Below are positions 36,858-47,601 of a DNA stretch of 64,000 bases, piece by piece. The notes below the pieces were generated by a model. It made no database searches. It had not been told where the DNA came from and saw only the letters and a program-made list of their open reading frames with translations. The position numbers and the translations under genes were made by a program. Location: NCBI GenBank assembly GCA_026931325.1, contig JAIXLO010000129.1, positions 19,685 through 83,684 of the forward strand, in the 5' to 3' direction. The DNA comes from Chitinophagales bacterium (GTDB lineage: Bacteria > Bacteroidota > Bacteroidia > Chitinophagales > Chitinophagaceae). Numbering within the stretch: position 1 is the first letter of the stretch; each line of letters opens with the position of its first letter.

Positions 36858-37510
36858 TTAAAATTTTGTACAGCTTCACTTGTTTCATCCCATCCTAATT
36901 TTATTTTCAATTCTCTTTGAATCCAATATTCTGCTTCAGGAAAAATATTAAAAGCATTAATTGTTTTTATGCTACGTTCATACATATTTTCATCTCCTCT
37001 AAAAAGTTCATTGATAAAAACATATCTTTCATTAATGCCAATTGCTTTTTTCAAATCCTTTACTGGACTGCTTTTTAATATAGTGGCAACTTCTGTTTTT
37101 TCTTCTTTCAAAACTTCATTCAAACTTGCATCATCATCGCTGCTAAACATATCTTTTAATTCAAACACTTCTTTTTTTGTTTTTACTTCATCTTGATGAG
37201 CCAATGTTGGTATTGCATTTACATTAGTATCAAATAACCAACCTGATAATTCTTCTTTTTTAGTATGCTTTTGAGTTGATGATGTTTGCTTTGTTATATT
37301 TTCTTTCTGAGAAATATTTTCATTATTAATTTCTGAATTAACTAAAGTAATATAAGGCATTGTAACAGAAACTTTTCCACTTTTTTGTACTGGCTGATGT
37401 TCTTGTAATTCTGCTAAAAGCATTTGTGCAGTATATAAAAGTTTATCTGCACCTTGTTGCTGATCAAATTGTTCTTTTAATTTGTTGATAAGTGTAGCCA
37501 CTCTTTCCAT
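36830..37510 (-). CDS. hypothetical protein
   Basis: 226 aa. Coding-like composition with no recognisable motif. Its 3' end overlaps waaA by 28 nt (convergent). Confidence 0.55.
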   Translation of the reverse strand: MERVATLINKLKEQFDQQQGADKLLYTAQMLLAELQEHQPVQKSGKVSVTMPYITLVNSEINNENISQKENITKQTSSTQKHTKKEELSGWLFDTNVNAIPTLAHQDEVKTKKEVFELKDMFSSDDDASLNEVLKEEKTEVATILKSSPVKDLKKAIGINERYVFINELFRGDENMYERSIKTINAFNIFPEAEYWIQRELKIKLGWDETSEAVQNFNQLVKRRFS

Positions 37511-37595
37511 TAGATACTATATTTTTGAAAATTAGTAAATGCTTTTCAGGCATTAAAGTTAATAAGCTTTTTTTAATAAAACCAAGTTTAACGAA

Positions 37596-38159
37596 ATGTT
37601 TATTGAACCAAATATTAGTGGAGAACGTAGAGGATGGATTGAAGTGATTTGTGGTAGTATGTTTAGTGGTAAAACAGAAGAATTAATAAGAAGATTAAAA
37701 CGAGCAAAAATTGCTAATTTAAAAGTAGAAATTTTTAAACCAGGAATTGATGTTCGCTATGATGAAACAAAAGTTGTAAGCCACGATGCAAATGCTATAC
37801 AAAGCACTCCAGTAGATAACTCTCAAAAAATTTTATTATTATCGCAAGATGTAGATGTTGTAGGAATTGATGAAGCCCAATTTTTTGATGAAGAAATAAC
37901 ACACGTCTGCGAAACACTTGCAACTAAAGGCGTTCGAGTAATTGTTGCAGGTTTGGATATGGACTATTTAGGAAAACCATTTGGGCAAATGCCTAATTTA
38001 TTGGCCATTGCAGATTATATAACTAAATTACATGCTATATGTGTGCAATGTGGCAATATTGCAAATATATCTTACAGAAAAATTGAACAAGAGGGGCAAG
38101 TTTTAATAGGAGAAAAAGATATTTATGAACCAAGATGCAGGGCTTGTTATCACAAATAA
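37596..38159 (+). CDS. tdk: thymidine kinase
   Basis: 187 aa. P-loop [21 protein letters not shown], and C-terminal Zn ribbon CVQCG...CRAC. Confidence 0.9.
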   Translation: MFIEPNISGERRGWIEVICGSMFSGKTEELIRRLKRAKIANLKVEIFKPGIDVRYDETKVVSHDANAIQSTPVDNSQKILLLSQDVDVVGIDEAQFFDEEITHVCETLATKGVRVIVAGLDMDYLGKPFGQMPNLLAIADYITKLHAICVQCGNIANISYRKIEQEGQVLIGEKDIYEPRCRACYHK

Positions 38160-38173
38160 GTAAGCAAAAAACA

Positions 38174-38833
38174 ATGAATAATTACAAACAAATAATTACT
38201 CTTGTTAAAAAAGATGTGTTGCTTGAAATGAGGCAACAATATACTTTTTATGGCATTTTATTATACGTTGCAAGTACCATTTTTGTTATTTATTTATCAA
38301 TGGGGCAACCAGAAGAACAAATTTGGAATGGTTTATTTTGGATAGTACAATTATTTATTTGTATTAATGCAGTTGCAAAAAGTTTTTTAGCAGAAAGCAA
38401 AGGCAGAATGTTGTATTTCTATACTATTTCAGGAGCCAAAGATTTTATTATTAGCAAACTTATCTTTAATGTGCTATTAATGCTACTGATGAGTTTAATT
38501 AGTTTACTTCTCTTCACTTTATTATTAAGCAATCCCTTACACAATGCAGTATTATTTATTGGTATTACTTGTTTGGGTGGTATGAGTTTAAGTTTAGTTT
38601 TTACTTTCTTAGCTGCTATAGCTGCTAAAGCACAACAACAAGCTGCATTAATGGCTATACTGGGTTTTCCATTAATTATCCCTCAATTATTATTATTAAT
38701 GAAAATTACTACACCAGCTTTTGCACAAGTAATTCAGGAAAGTTGGTGGCAAATGACAATTTTATTAATAGCCTTAGATGTAATGATAGTGGTATTAGCT
38801 ATTATTTTATTTCCTTTTTTATGGAAAGATTGA
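38174..38833 (+). CDS. CcmB-like heme-exporter ABC permease
   Basis: Track ORF trimmed to ATG 38174 (MNNYKQIITLVKKD...). Six hydrophobic helices and a GFPLIIPQLLLL motif resembling CcmB LPLxIPxLIF. No ccmA or ccmC is adjacent. Confidence 0.55.
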   Translation: MNNYKQIITLVKKDVLLEMRQQYTFYGILLYVASTIFVIYLSMGQPEEQIWNGLFWIVQLFICINAVAKSFLAESKGRMLYFYTISGAKDFIISKLIFNVLLMLLMSLISLLLFTLLLSNPLHNAVLFIGITCLGGMSLSLVFTFLAAIAAKAQQQAALMAILGFPLIIPQLLLLMKITTPAFAQVIQESWWQMTILLIALDVMIVVLAIILFPFLWKD

Positions 38834-38878
38834 TTTATTCCAAATTAAGCAATAGAATAATAAACAGCCTCAGTAATA

Positions 38879-38925
38879 CGAAAACTAATTTATATTCCTA
38901 ATGTTGTAATCTGGGCTTATTACTT
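38879..38925 (+). repeat. dispersed intergenic repeat related to 30645..30690
   Basis: CGAAAACTAATTTATATTCCTAAT... compared with CGAAAAACTAATTTATATTCCTAAT.... Both continue with a similar ..TGGG.T.A.TAC tail. Confidence 0.6.
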
Positions 38926-38947
38926 CAGTAAGCTATAAATAAAAAAA

Positions 38948-38967
38948 GCAGAAGAAAAGTCTTCTGC
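38948..38967. terminator. bidirectional rho-independent terminator
   Basis: GCAGAAG-aaaagt-CTTCTGC, flanked by A7 on the left and T-rich sequence on the right. It ends the minus-strand tRNA transcript and probably the plus-strand ccmB-like gene. Confidence 0.65.
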
Positions 38968-38972
38968 TTTTG

Positions 38973-39058
38973 TGCCCCAGGCGGGACTTGAACCCGCACG
39001 GACATTGCTGCCCACAGGATTTTAAGTCCTGCGTGTCTACCAATTCCACCACCAGGGC
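38973..39058 (-). tRNA. tRNA-Leu (anticodon TAA)
   Basis: Reverse strand reads GCCCTGGTGGTGGAATTGGTAGACACGCAGGACTTAAAATCCTGTGGGCAGCAATGTCCGTGCGGGTTCAAGTCCCGCCTGGGGCA. Cloverleaf with a long variable arm and anticodon loop CUUAAAA. Confidence 0.9.
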
Positions 39059-39113
39059 TTTCACTTTATTTTTAAGTGAAAAAAAATCCTAACATTGAAG
39101 TTAGGACTATTAG

Positions 39114-39186
39114 AGCGGAAGACCAGGCTCGAACTGGCCACCCCAACCTTGGCAAGGTTGTGCTCTACCAAATGAGCTACTTCCGC
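39114..39186 (-). tRNA. tRNA-Gly (anticodon GCC)
   Basis: Reverse strand reads GCGGAAGTAGCTCATTTGGTAGAGCACAACCTTGCCAAGGTTGGGGTGGCCAGTTCGAGCCTGGTCTTCCGCT. Anticodon loop is UUGCCAA. Confidence 0.9.
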
Positions 39187-39255
39187 TTAATGTATAAGAA
39201 CTTATCAGGGGTGCAAAAATATAGAACCAAAATTCCCTGCAAAATTTTTTTAAAA

Positions 39256-39468
39256 TTATTTATATTCTGGAGTGTATTTAGTGCTTCCTTGAATTTCAAT
39301 ATCAGGTTTTCCTTTATAACGATTTTGATACAAACGATAACAACCAGCTAACATGTATGTTATCATTCCAAAAACAAATAAGTAAAATAAGAACCTTGAA
39401 GAGGTTACCCAATTTTTAGTAAAATCCTTTTTACTATTATCTTCTACTTGTAGATTTTGTTGTGTCAT
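39256..39468 (-). CDS. 70-aa hypothetical single-pass membrane protein
   Basis: MTQQNLQVEDNSKKDFTKNWVTSSRFLFYLFVFGMITYMLAGCYRLY.... The competing + strand ORF overlaps the tRNAs and is rejected. Confidence 0.4.
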   Translation of the reverse strand: MTQQNLQVEDNSKKDFTKNWVTSSRFLFYLFVFGMITYMLAGCYRLYQNRYKGKPDIEIQGSTKYTPEYK

Positions 39469-39539
39469 AGTTTGTATTTAGTATTTGCAAAAATAAGGAT
39501 GTAATATTAATATTACAATGGTTTTATTGATTTAAAAAT

Positions 39540-40917
39540 CATTATTGTCCGACAAAAAAATAAAAGGGTAGCATTTCTGTTACCCTTTTTGTTGTTTTGA
39601 AGTTACTACGCTTTAAAACTATGAATCAAAGTAACAATTATTTCGGACAGCATTTATTTTCTCAGTTAATTTCTTTGTGCAACAAGTCTATTTTAAGCCC
39701 AGTAATAGCAAAGTGCAAAGCCAATCATTACTACAAACACTTAAAGACTTACGAACATTTTGTAGCAATGCTCTATTGTGTGGTTACAGGTAGCACTTCA
39801 CTTCGTGAGATTGAAGCTGGGCTTGGCATTGCCCAAGGCAAGATGAATCATTTAGGTATTGATTATGTGCCACCTCGTAGCACTTTAAGCGATGGCAATA
39901 AAAATAGACCAGCCGGTGTATTCAAATCTATTTATGAAGCCCTGTATGCTTTATACAAACCAAATTTCTCGGACAGCACTTTATCAAAACCCATCTTAGA
40001 CAAGCTGTTTTTAATGGATGCTACTGTTTTCGGACTCTTTAAAGCCATTCTTAAAACCAATGGGAGGCATAGTGATAATGGAAAAAAGAAAGGTGGTATT
40101 AAAAAGAATACTGTTTTGCACGGCACCTCATTAATGCCCCACTTTATAGACTTTTCGGCAGCAGCCGATAATGACCAAAATATTTACAGTAAATTACAGC
40201 TACCACAAGGTTCTTATTTGGTGTTTGATAAAGGATACAACAACTACAAACAGTATGCAAAACTTACAGAGCAAGGTGTTTTTTTTGTTACTCGACAAAA
40301 AGAAAATGCTGTGTATGATATTGCCATAGAATGTTTGCACGATAACAGCACTTCATCTAATATTTTACAAGAAACCATCATCACACAAACTTATAAAGAC
40401 GAGTTAAACAACCCACAAACATTGAAGTTGAGGCGTATTGCTTGGTATGATGAAAAGCAAAATAGAAGCTATGAATTTATTACCAACAACTTTGAATTGG
40501 ATGCTGAAACGATAGCTTTATTATACAAATACAGATGGAAAATTGAATTGTTTTTTAAGAAGTTAAAGCAAAACTTTCCCTTGCAATACTTTGTTGGAGA
40601 CAATCAAAACGCTATTGAGATTCAAATTTGGATGGCTTTAATAGCACTACTATTACTATCAGTGATACACCAAAACAATAAAACCAAGATGGCTTTTAGT
40701 GTGTTTGTAACAATCTTTAAACTGCACTTGTTCAACTATATCAGCATCAAGCAACTACTGACTGAATACAAGAAAAAGAAGCCAGCAAAAACTAATCAAA
40801 CTACTATGTTCAATTCTTCATAGCCCCCTGCTATTGAAAAATAAAAACAAAATACAGCAATATCAAGGTGTGTAGCGACACTTATTCAGCAAATCGAACA
40901 TTTGTCGGACAATAATG
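39540..40917 (+). mobile_element. IS4-family insertion sequence (1378 bp)
   Basis: Perfect 17-bp terminal inverted repeats CATTATTGTCCGACAAA (39540..39556 and reverse complement of 40901..40917). 9-bp target duplication TTTAAAAAT (39531..39539 and 40918..40926). Confidence 0.9.
39621..40823 (+). CDS. IS4-family DDE transposase (DUF4372-type N-terminus)
   Basis: Trimmed to ATG 39621 (MNQSNNYFGQHLFSQLISL...). DDE_Tnp_1-like core (LFLMDATVF ... LVFDKGYNNY ... YRWKIELFFKKLK). Confidence 0.85.
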   Translation: MNQSNNYFGQHLFSQLISLCNKSILSPVIAKCKANHYYKHLKTYEHFVAMLYCVVTGSTSLREIEAGLGIAQGKMNHLGIDYVPPRSTLSDGNKNRPAGVFKSIYEALYALYKPNFSDSTLSKPILDKLFLMDATVFGLFKAILKTNGRHSDNGKKKGGIKKNTVLHGTSLMPHFIDFSAAADNDQNIYSKLQLPQGSYLVFDKGYNNYKQYAKLTEQGVFFVTRQKENAVYDIAIECLHDNSTSSNILQETIITQTYKDELNNPQTLKLRRIAWYDEKQNRSYEFITNNFELDAETIALLYKYRWKIELFFKKLKQNFPLQYFVGDNQNAIEIQIWMALIALLLLSVIHQNNKTKMAFSVFVTIFKLHLFNYISIKQLLTEYKKKKPAKTNQTTMFNSS

Positions 40918-40941
40918 TTTAAAAATAAATTTTTTAGTCAA

Positions 40942-42618
40942 CTATTTTTTTAATCGTTCACTAATATCTAAATAATATTTTTTTGCTGTTTGTTTTGCTA
41001 AGTCATAACCTGCATCTGCATGTCTTATAACACCCATACCTGGGTCATTTCTTAAAACCCTGCTAAGGCGTTGTGCTGCATCATCTGTGCCATCAGCAAC
41101 TATTACCATACCAGCATGAATACTATAACCCATACCTACACCACCACCATGATGTAGGCTTACCCAACTTGCTCCACCTGCAGTATTTACTAAAGCATTT
41201 AATATTGGCCAATCTGCAACAGCATCACTTCCATCAAGCATGGCTTCTGTTTCTCTATTTGGGCTTGCTACACTACCTGTATCTAAATGATCTCTACCTA
41301 TAACAATAGGAGCTTTTACTTTACCTTCTTTTACTAATTGATTAAATGCTAAACCAGCTTTTTCTCTTTCTCCTTGTCCTAACCAACAAATACGTGCTGG
41401 TAATCCTTGAAAAGCAATTTTTTCTTTAGCCATTTTCATCCACCTAATCATTCCTTTATTTTCAGGAAACATTTGCATTATTAATTCATCTGTTACAGCA
41501 ATATCATTAGGGTCTCCACTTAAAGCAGCCCAACGAAATGGACCTTTACCTTCACAAAAAAGAGGACGAATGTAGGCTGGTACAAAACCTGGGAAATCAA
41601 AAGCATTTTCTAATCCTTTTTCTTTTGCTCTTGCTCTTAAATTATTACCATAATCAAATGTTATGGCTCCTTTGGCTTGTAATTGTAACATTAATTGTAC
41701 ATGCAAATACATACTATCGTAACTCAATTTAATGTATTCATCAGGATTTTTTTCTCTTAAAGTATTTGCTTGTTCATTAGATAATGTATGAGGAACGTAA
41801 CCTATTAGTGGGTCGTGTGCAGATGTTTGATCTGTTAATGTATCAGGTATAATATTTCTTTCTAATAATCTTTTTAATAAATGAACAGCATTACATAAAA
41901 CTCCAATACTTTTTGCTATACCTTGTTGCTTATATTGTAATGCAGCATCTATAGCTTTATCAATATCTATAAATTTTTCATCTAAATATTTTGTTTCAAT
42001 TCTTTTATCAATACGCCATTCTTCTACTTCAGCAATAAGAGCAACACCTTCATTCATTGTAATTGCTAATGGTTGAGCTCCTCCCATTCCTCCTAAGCCA
42101 GCAGTTACATTTAAAGTTCCTTTAAGTGTTCCATTAAAATTTTTATCAGCAGCAGCAGCGTAGGTTTCATAAGTACCTTGTACAATACCTTGACTACCTA
42201 TATAAATCCAACTTCCTGCAGTCATTTGTCCATACATTATTAAACCCTTTTGCTCTAATTCTTCAAAGTGTTTCCAATTTGCCCAATTTGGTACAAGTTG
42301 AGAATTGCTTAATAAAATACGAGGAGCATCTTTGTGTGTTTTTAAAATTGCAACAGGTTTACCACTTTGTATTAATAAACTTTCATCGTTCTCTAAAACT
42401 TTTAATGCAGCAATAATATTTTCTAATGCTTCAAAGTTCCTTGCAGCTTTTCCTCTACCTCCATATACAATTAAATCATCTGGGCGTTCTGCTACTTCTG
42501 GATTAAGGTTATTGAGCAACATTCTTAATGCTGCTTCTTGAATCCATCCTTTACAATTTAATTGACTACCAGTAGGGGTTTTATATTTTAATGCATCGTA
42601 ATGTTTATAAGAAGTCAT
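40942..42618 (-). CDS. hutU: urocanate hydratase
   Basis: 558 aa. Canonical HutU throughout ([22 protein letters not shown]). Confidence 0.95.
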   Translation of the reverse strand: MTSYKHYDALKYKTPTGSQLNCKGWIQEAALRMLLNNLNPEVAERPDDLIVYGGRGKAARNFEALENIIAALKVLENDESLLIQSGKPVAILKTHKDAPRILLSNSQLVPNWANWKHFEELEQKGLIMYGQMTAGSWIYIGSQGIVQGTYETYAAAADKNFNGTLKGTLNVTAGLGGMGGAQPLAITMNEGVALIAEVEEWRIDKRIETKYLDEKFIDIDKAIDAALQYKQQGIAKSIGVLCNAVHLLKRLLERNIIPDTLTDQTSAHDPLIGYVPHTLSNEQANTLREKNPDEYIKLSYDSMYLHVQLMLQLQAKGAITFDYGNNLRARAKEKGLENAFDFPGFVPAYIRPLFCEGKGPFRWAALSGDPNDIAVTDELIMQMFPENKGMIRWMKMAKEKIAFQGLPARICWLGQGEREKAGLAFNQLVKEGKVKAPIVIGRDHLDTGSVASPNRETEAMLDGSDAVADWPILNALVNTAGGASWVSLHHGGGVGMGYSIHAGMVIVADGTDDAAQRLSRVLRNDPGMGVIRHADAGYDLAKQTAKKYYLDISERLKK

Positions 42619-42686
42619 AGCAAATATTTTAATAGGACAAAGAAAAGAAATTAAAAAGAAATGAAACTAAAAAAACTTGTTTAGTA

Positions 42687-43115
42687 TTAATGATACAAAG
42701 GAATTTCAGTTAGTGGTTTTTGAGTTTTTGTTTCAAAAGCAAAAGTTGTATTGCCATTAGTAATTATCAATATTTCTACATCTAAGGTTTGATTGTATGT
42801 AAGAATTTGTTGAATAGTTTTATCGTTCAATGTTACATTCATTTCTTTACATTCAACAATTAAATATGGTACAGCATTTTTATAAATAATTATATCACAT
42901 CTCTTTTTTACATCAGCTAATTTAATTTCTTTTTCAACTGCTATAAGCGAAGCTGGATAATGTTTTTGCTGTATAAGGTATTGGATAAAATTTTGTCTAA
43001 CCCATTCTTCTGGTGTAAGCCTTACCCATCTTTTTCTTATTTCATCATAAATAAATTCTTTCTCTTCTTTTTCTTTTATCTTAAAATTATATTTTGGGTA
43101 ATTAATACTTATCAT
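42687..43115 (-). CDS. type I restriction enzyme HsdR N-terminal domain-like small protein
   Basis: 142 aa. RKRWVRLTPEEWVRQNFIQYL ... CDIIIY ... LIVECK resembles stand-alone HSDR_N nuclease-fold proteins. Confidence 0.6.
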   Translation of the reverse strand: MISINYPKYNFKIKEKEEKEFIYDEIRKRWVRLTPEEWVRQNFIQYLIQQKHYPASLIAVEKEIKLADVKKRCDIIIYKNAVPYLIVECKEMNVTLNDKTIQQILTYNQTLDVEILIITNGNTTFAFETKTQKPLTEIPLYH

Positions 43116-43229
43116 ATTCTTGTACTTACTAATAGTTTCTTAATTTTACAAATTCTATATTCAAATATAGTATAGCTTTTTCCTAATAAACAGGAAATAA
43201 ATTAATTGACTAACTAAAGTAAAAATCAG

Positions 43230-44000
43230 ATGAAAACAAAAAAAGAAATTATTAATAACTGGCTACCAAGATACACAGGAGAGCAACTTAAAAACTTTGG
43301 AGAATATATTTTACTAACCAATTTTGGTAACTATGTAGAAATGTTTGCTAAATGGCATAAGGTAAAAGTTGTAGGACATGATAAAACATTTCAATGTGCT
43401 ACAGCAGAAGATATAACTATTATAAATTTTGGAATGGGAAGCCCCAATGCTGCAACAATTATGGATTTATTAGGAGCTATTAATCCAAAAGCAGTTTTAT
43501 TTTTAGGTAAATGTGGTGGCTTGAAAAAAAGAAATAAAATTGGAGATTTAATTTTACCAATAGCTGCTTTAAGAGGAGAGGGAACTTCTAACGACTATTT
43601 CCCTCCTGAAGTTCCTGCACTACCAGCATTTGCTTTGCAAAAAGCTATTTCAACTACTATCAGAGATTACAAAACTAATTACTGGACTGGTACAGTTTAT
43701 ACAACAAACAGAAGGGTTTGGGAGCATGATGAAGATTTTAAAGCATATCTAACAAAAATTAGAGCTTATGCAATAGATATGGAAACTGCAACAATTTTTA
43801 CTGTTGGTTTTTACAATAAAATACCTACAGGAGCATTATTATTGGTAAGTGATAATCCTATGATACCTGAAGGTGTAAAAACAGAAGCCAGCGATAAAAA
43901 AGTAACATCATTATATGTAGAAAGACATTTAAAAATTGGAATATCTTCTTTAGAACAGTTAATAAATAAAGGACTAACAGTAAGACATCTTAAATTTTAA
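43230..44000 (+). CDS. nucleoside phosphorylase family protein (short AMP nucleosidase-like)
   Basis: 256 aa. PNP_UDP_1-like GMGSPNAATIMDLL ... GKCGGL ... AIDMETATIF. Confidence 0.7.
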   Translation: MKTKKEIINNWLPRYTGEQLKNFGEYILLTNFGNYVEMFAKWHKVKVVGHDKTFQCATAEDITIINFGMGSPNAATIMDLLGAINPKAVLFLGKCGGLKKRNKIGDLILPIAALRGEGTSNDYFPPEVPALPAFALQKAISTTIRDYKTNYWTGTVYTTNRRVWEHDEDFKAYLTKIRAYAIDMETATIFTVGFYNKIPTGALLLVSDNPMIPEGVKTEASDKKVTSLYVERHLKIGISSLEQLINKGLTVRHLKF

Positions 44001-44084
44001 AAGTTAAATTAACTTTTTTGATAAGCTAATTTATAAATATTATTTGCTTTCCCTTACTTTTGCCGTCCTAAAAAATTAATAATA

Positions 44085-44675
44085 ATGAAAACAGTTACAA
44101 TCGAAGGACAACTGAGGACCGAATTTGGTAAAAAAGCTGCCCGCCAAATACGCTCTCAGAATTTAGTGCCTGCTGTAATTTACGGGGGTGCTGAAGAAGT
44201 AAATTTTACAGCTTCTTCAAAAAGTTTTAAACCATTAGTTTATACTGCAGATTTTCAATTAGCAGATGTAAAAATTGGAGATAAAACTTACAAGTGTATT
44301 CTAAAAGATTTACAATTTGATAAAGTTACAGATGCTTTAATACATGTAGATTTATTAGAATTAGTAGATGATAAAAAAGTTATAGCTAATCTTCCATTAA
44401 AATTTGTTGGCTCATCAAAAGGAGTAAAAGATGGTGGTAAATTAATTTTAAAAATGAAATCAGTTAAGGTAAAAACTTATCCTAAATATTTAAAAGAAAG
44501 TTTAGAAGTTGATATTACTGATTTAGAAGTTAATGGAAATATTCGTGTAGAAGATATTAAGGCTGATAATATGGAAATTATGAACTCTCCTCGTATTCCT
44601 ATTGCTTCAGTTGTTATGACACGTCAATTAAAACAAGAAGAAGCAGCTGCAACTAAAGAAGAAGCTAAAAAATAA
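44085..44675 (+). CDS. rplY: 50S ribosomal protein L25 / general stress protein Ctc
   Basis: 196 aa. RQIRSQNLVPAVIYGG motif and a Lys/Glu-rich tail. Confidence 0.9.
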   Translation: MKTVTIEGQLRTEFGKKAARQIRSQNLVPAVIYGGAEEVNFTASSKSFKPLVYTADFQLADVKIGDKTYKCILKDLQFDKVTDALIHVDLLELVDDKKVIANLPLKFVGSSKGVKDGGKLILKMKSVKVKTYPKYLKESLEVDITDLEVNGNIRVEDIKADNMEIMNSPRIPIASVVMTRQLKQEEAAATKEEAKK

Positions 44676-44695
44676 TTTTATTTCTCATTTAATGA

Positions 44696-44725
44696 AAACC
44701 TCTCAACAAAATGAGAGGTTTTTTA
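44696..44725. terminator. bidirectional terminator between convergent rplY and the hydrolase gene
   Basis: AAACCTCTCA-acaaaa-TGAGAGGTTT followed by TTTT. Confidence 0.7.
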
Positions 44726-44730
44726 TTGCC

Positions 44731-45591
44731 TTATCTTAAATGATTTTTAAAAAACTGAATTAATTTATTATGTGTGTCAGTTAAATTAGCACCAGTCCAA
44801 CCATGAGATTCTCCATTGTAAGAATAATATTCAAAAGAAATACCTGCTGTAATTAATGCATTTTTTAAATTAACACTCTCACTAATTGGAACAACTTCGT
44901 CAGCAGTACCATGAAAAATAATTGTGGGTGTAACAGCTGTTGAAGCAAAATTTATAGGACTTGCATTATAATAAATGGTTGGACTAACAGAAGGAGTAGT
45001 TCCCAAAACATTTTGAATAATTGGTTGAGATAACGATGGATAAGGATGATTGTTATACATCCATGTCATATCTGTTGGTCCAAATAAATCTGCAACTGCT
45101 TTTATTTTATTATTTGTGTTGTATTTGTATGTTTTTAATAAAGCTAAATGAGCACCTGCACTTGCTCCAAGAATACCCCATTTATTAGTATTAATTAAAT
45201 AATCATTTGATTTGGATTCAATAAAATTAATAGCAGCATTAATATCATCTATTTGTTGTTGTAATAAAATACTTGTACCATTTGCTAAACGATAGTTGAT
45301 ATTAAAAATAGCATAGTTTCTTAACGAATCTTTTATGCTTGCAATATCTCCATCAAAATCAGTTTTATCTCCACCACTCCAGCTTCCTCCATGAACTAAT
45401 AAAATAGGATAAGTAGTAATAGTGTTTCTATTGGCAGGTAAATACACATCCATATTTTGTAAAGAATTATTTGATGCATAAGCTACATTTAAAATAGTTT
45501 TAGCTTCAACAACACTATTATTTTCTTCTGTAGATTTTTTACATGATGAAAGAAAAATAACAACTATAAAAAGAAAGAATAATTTTTTCAT
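44731..45591 (-). CDS. alpha/beta hydrolase (esterase/lipase-type) lipoprotein
   Basis: 286 aa. Lipobox FLSSC, oxyanion region LLVHGGSWSGGDK, nucleophile elbow GASAGAHLA. Confidence 0.8.
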   Translation of the reverse strand: MKKLFFLFIVVIFLSSCKKSTEENNSVVEAKTILNVAYASNNSLQNMDVYLPANRNTITTYPILLVHGGSWSGGDKTDFDGDIASIKDSLRNYAIFNINYRLANGTSILLQQQIDDINAAINFIESKSNDYLINTNKWGILGASAGAHLALLKTYKYNTNNKIKAVADLFGPTDMTWMYNNHPYPSLSQPIIQNVLGTTPSVSPTIYYNASPINFASTAVTPTIIFHGTADEVVPISESVNLKNALITAGISFEYYSYNGESHGWTGANLTDTHNKLIQFFKNHLR

Positions 45592-45686
45592 AAAATGAAT
45601 ATTGAGTAAAAAATTTAAATTAGTGATTTTTAGTTAAAATAATTTTACTTTGTATAGCAAAGCCATTATTCAAATAAAATATAAAT

Positions 45687-46202
45687 ATGCAAAAAATAAT
45701 TAAATATGGCTTCATAATTCTTAGTTTTCTTATTGTAAATATTTCATCAGTTAATGCACAAGCTGGTAAAAAATATATTGATAAATATAAAACACTTGTT
45801 GCTTCACTGTCTGAAGAATATGGTATTCCTAAAAGCATAATTACTGCTATAAGTATTGTAGAATCTGGTTTAGGGAAAAGTAGAAATTGTAAATTATTAA
45901 AAAATCATTTTGGTATAGTTGGTAAAAATAATTTGCTTAAAACAAAAGGTATAAAAAGCATGTTTAAGCAATATAAAACTGATGAAGATTCTTTTAAAGA
46001 TTTTTGTAAAATAATTAGTAGAAAAAAGTTTTATCCAAAATTAAAAGGTAATAACGATTACAAATTATGGATTGAAGCAATGGCTAAAGCAGGTTATAGC
46101 ACAAAGCCAAAAATTTGGAAAAAAGAAATTTTGATAACTATAAAACATTTTAAATTAGCTTCATTGGATAAAGAGGTTAAAGAAGATGTAACAGAAAACT
46201 AA
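45687..46202 (+). CDS. glucosaminidase (mannosyl-glycoprotein endo-beta-N-acetylglucosaminidase) domain protein
   Basis: 171 aa. Signal peptide and ITAISIVESGLGKSRNCKLLKNHFGI motif. Confidence 0.65.
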   Translation: MQKIIKYGFIILSFLIVNISSVNAQAGKKYIDKYKTLVASLSEEYGIPKSIITAISIVESGLGKSRNCKLLKNHFGIVGKNNLLKTKGIKSMFKQYKTDEDSFKDFCKIISRKKFYPKLKGNNDYKLWIEAMAKAGYSTKPKIWKKEILITIKHFKLASLDKEVKEDVTEN

Positions 46203-46219
46203 GTTTAGATTATTTATTT

Positions 46220-47497
46220 TTAATTACTTGAAACCAAGTAATAATTCTTTTTCCCTTTTTGAACAAGTAAATATTTATTGTGCAACAACAAATTGCTTTG
46301 CACAATCATTTGTATGTCTTCTACTTTTTTTCTGTTAATACTTATACCACCATTTTGCAACATTTTTCTTGCTTCACCTTTACTTGTAAAAACTCCAGAT
46401 TCAGCTAAGAAGGAAATAACATCAATACCAGCTTCTAATTTATCTTTACTGAAATTTATTTTTTGTACTCCTTCCAAATTTTCTAAATCTTCAATACTTA
46501 AATTTTCTACTGATGCATTAGTATTGGCAAATAATTTTTCAGTTGTTTCTACTGCTTTTAAATATTCATTTTCACCATGAACAAAGGTGGTTATTTCTTT
46601 TGCTAATGCTTTTTGTAAAGTTCTTGCAGCTGGATTTTTTTGATGTTCATTAATTAAACTATTAATCACTTCTTTTGATAAAAAGGTAAAAATTTTTATC
46701 CATTTTTCAGCATCGGCATCACTTACATTTAACCAAAATTGATAAAACAGATAAGGTGTTGTTCTATCTGCACTAAGCCACACATTACCACTTTCTGTTT
46801 TACCAAATTTACCACCATCTGCTTTTGTAATTAATGGGCAAGTAAATACAAATGCCTCACCACCACATTTTCTTCTAATCAATTCAGAACCTGTTGTCAT
46901 ATTCCCCCATTGATCACTACCACCAAATTGAAGTTTGCAGTTTATATTATTGTATAGCCAATAAAAATCATAGCCTTGCATTAGTTGATAAGCAAACTCT
47001 GTATAACTAATACCTGTTTCTCCTTCTATTCTTTTTTTTACACTATCCTTAGCCATCATATAGTTTACAGTAATATGCTTACCTACATCTCTTAAAAAAT
47101 CAATAAAAGAAATATTCTTAAACCAGTTGTAATTATTAACTAATACAGCAGCATTAGGTTTGTTTTCATCAAACGATAAAAATTTTTCTAACTGAGATTT
47201 TATGCCTGCAATATTTCTATTTAATGTAGTTTCATCTAACAAATTTCTTTCAGCACTTTTCCCTGTTGGGTCGCCAATCATTCCTGTTGCACCACCAATT
47301 AATGCAATTGGTTTATGTCCAGCTTTTTGAAAATGTACTAATAAAATTATTGGCACAAGACTACCAATATGCAGGCTTTCTGCTGTTGGGTCAAAGCCTA
47401 CATAACCAGTTGTCATTTCTTTTAAAAGTTGCTCTTCAGTTCCTGGCATTATATCAGCAATCATTCCACGCCAACGTAATTCTTCAATTAAATTCAT
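46220..47497 (-). CDS. tyrS: tyrosine--tRNA ligase
   Basis: 425 aa. HIGH-type [13 protein letters not shown]-type KFGKT, and a C-terminal S4 domain. Confidence 0.95.
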   Translation of the reverse strand: MNLIEELRWRGMIADIMPGTEEQLLKEMTTGYVGFDPTAESLHIGSLVPIILLVHFQKAGHKPIALIGGATGMIGDPTGKSAERNLLDETTLNRNIAGIKSQLEKFLSFDENKPNAAVLVNNYNWFKNISFIDFLRDVGKHITVNYMMAKDSVKKRIEGETGISYTEFAYQLMQGYDFYWLYNNINCKLQFGGSDQWGNMTTGSELIRRKCGGEAFVFTCPLITKADGGKFGKTESGNVWLSADRTTPYLFYQFWLNVSDADAEKWIKIFTFLSKEVINSLINEHQKNPAARTLQKALAKEITTFVHGENEYLKAVETTEKLFANTNASVENLSIEDLENLEGVQKINFSKDKLEAGIDVISFLAESGVFTSKGEARKMLQNGGISINRKKVEDIQMIVQSNLLLHNKYLLVQKGKKNYYLVSSN

Positions 47498-47601
47498 TTT
47501 TATTAAAACTATTTGAGCAAAAGTATATGTTTAGCTTAAAAAAATTAATAAACTCTTTAAACTCCCTTATTTTTGCCAACTCAATTTAAAAACAAAAAAT
47601 T

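Noticed and set aside
39076-39351. 91-aa + strand ORF.
   Set aside because: It overlaps tRNA-Gly (39114..39186) in antisense and has no coding features.
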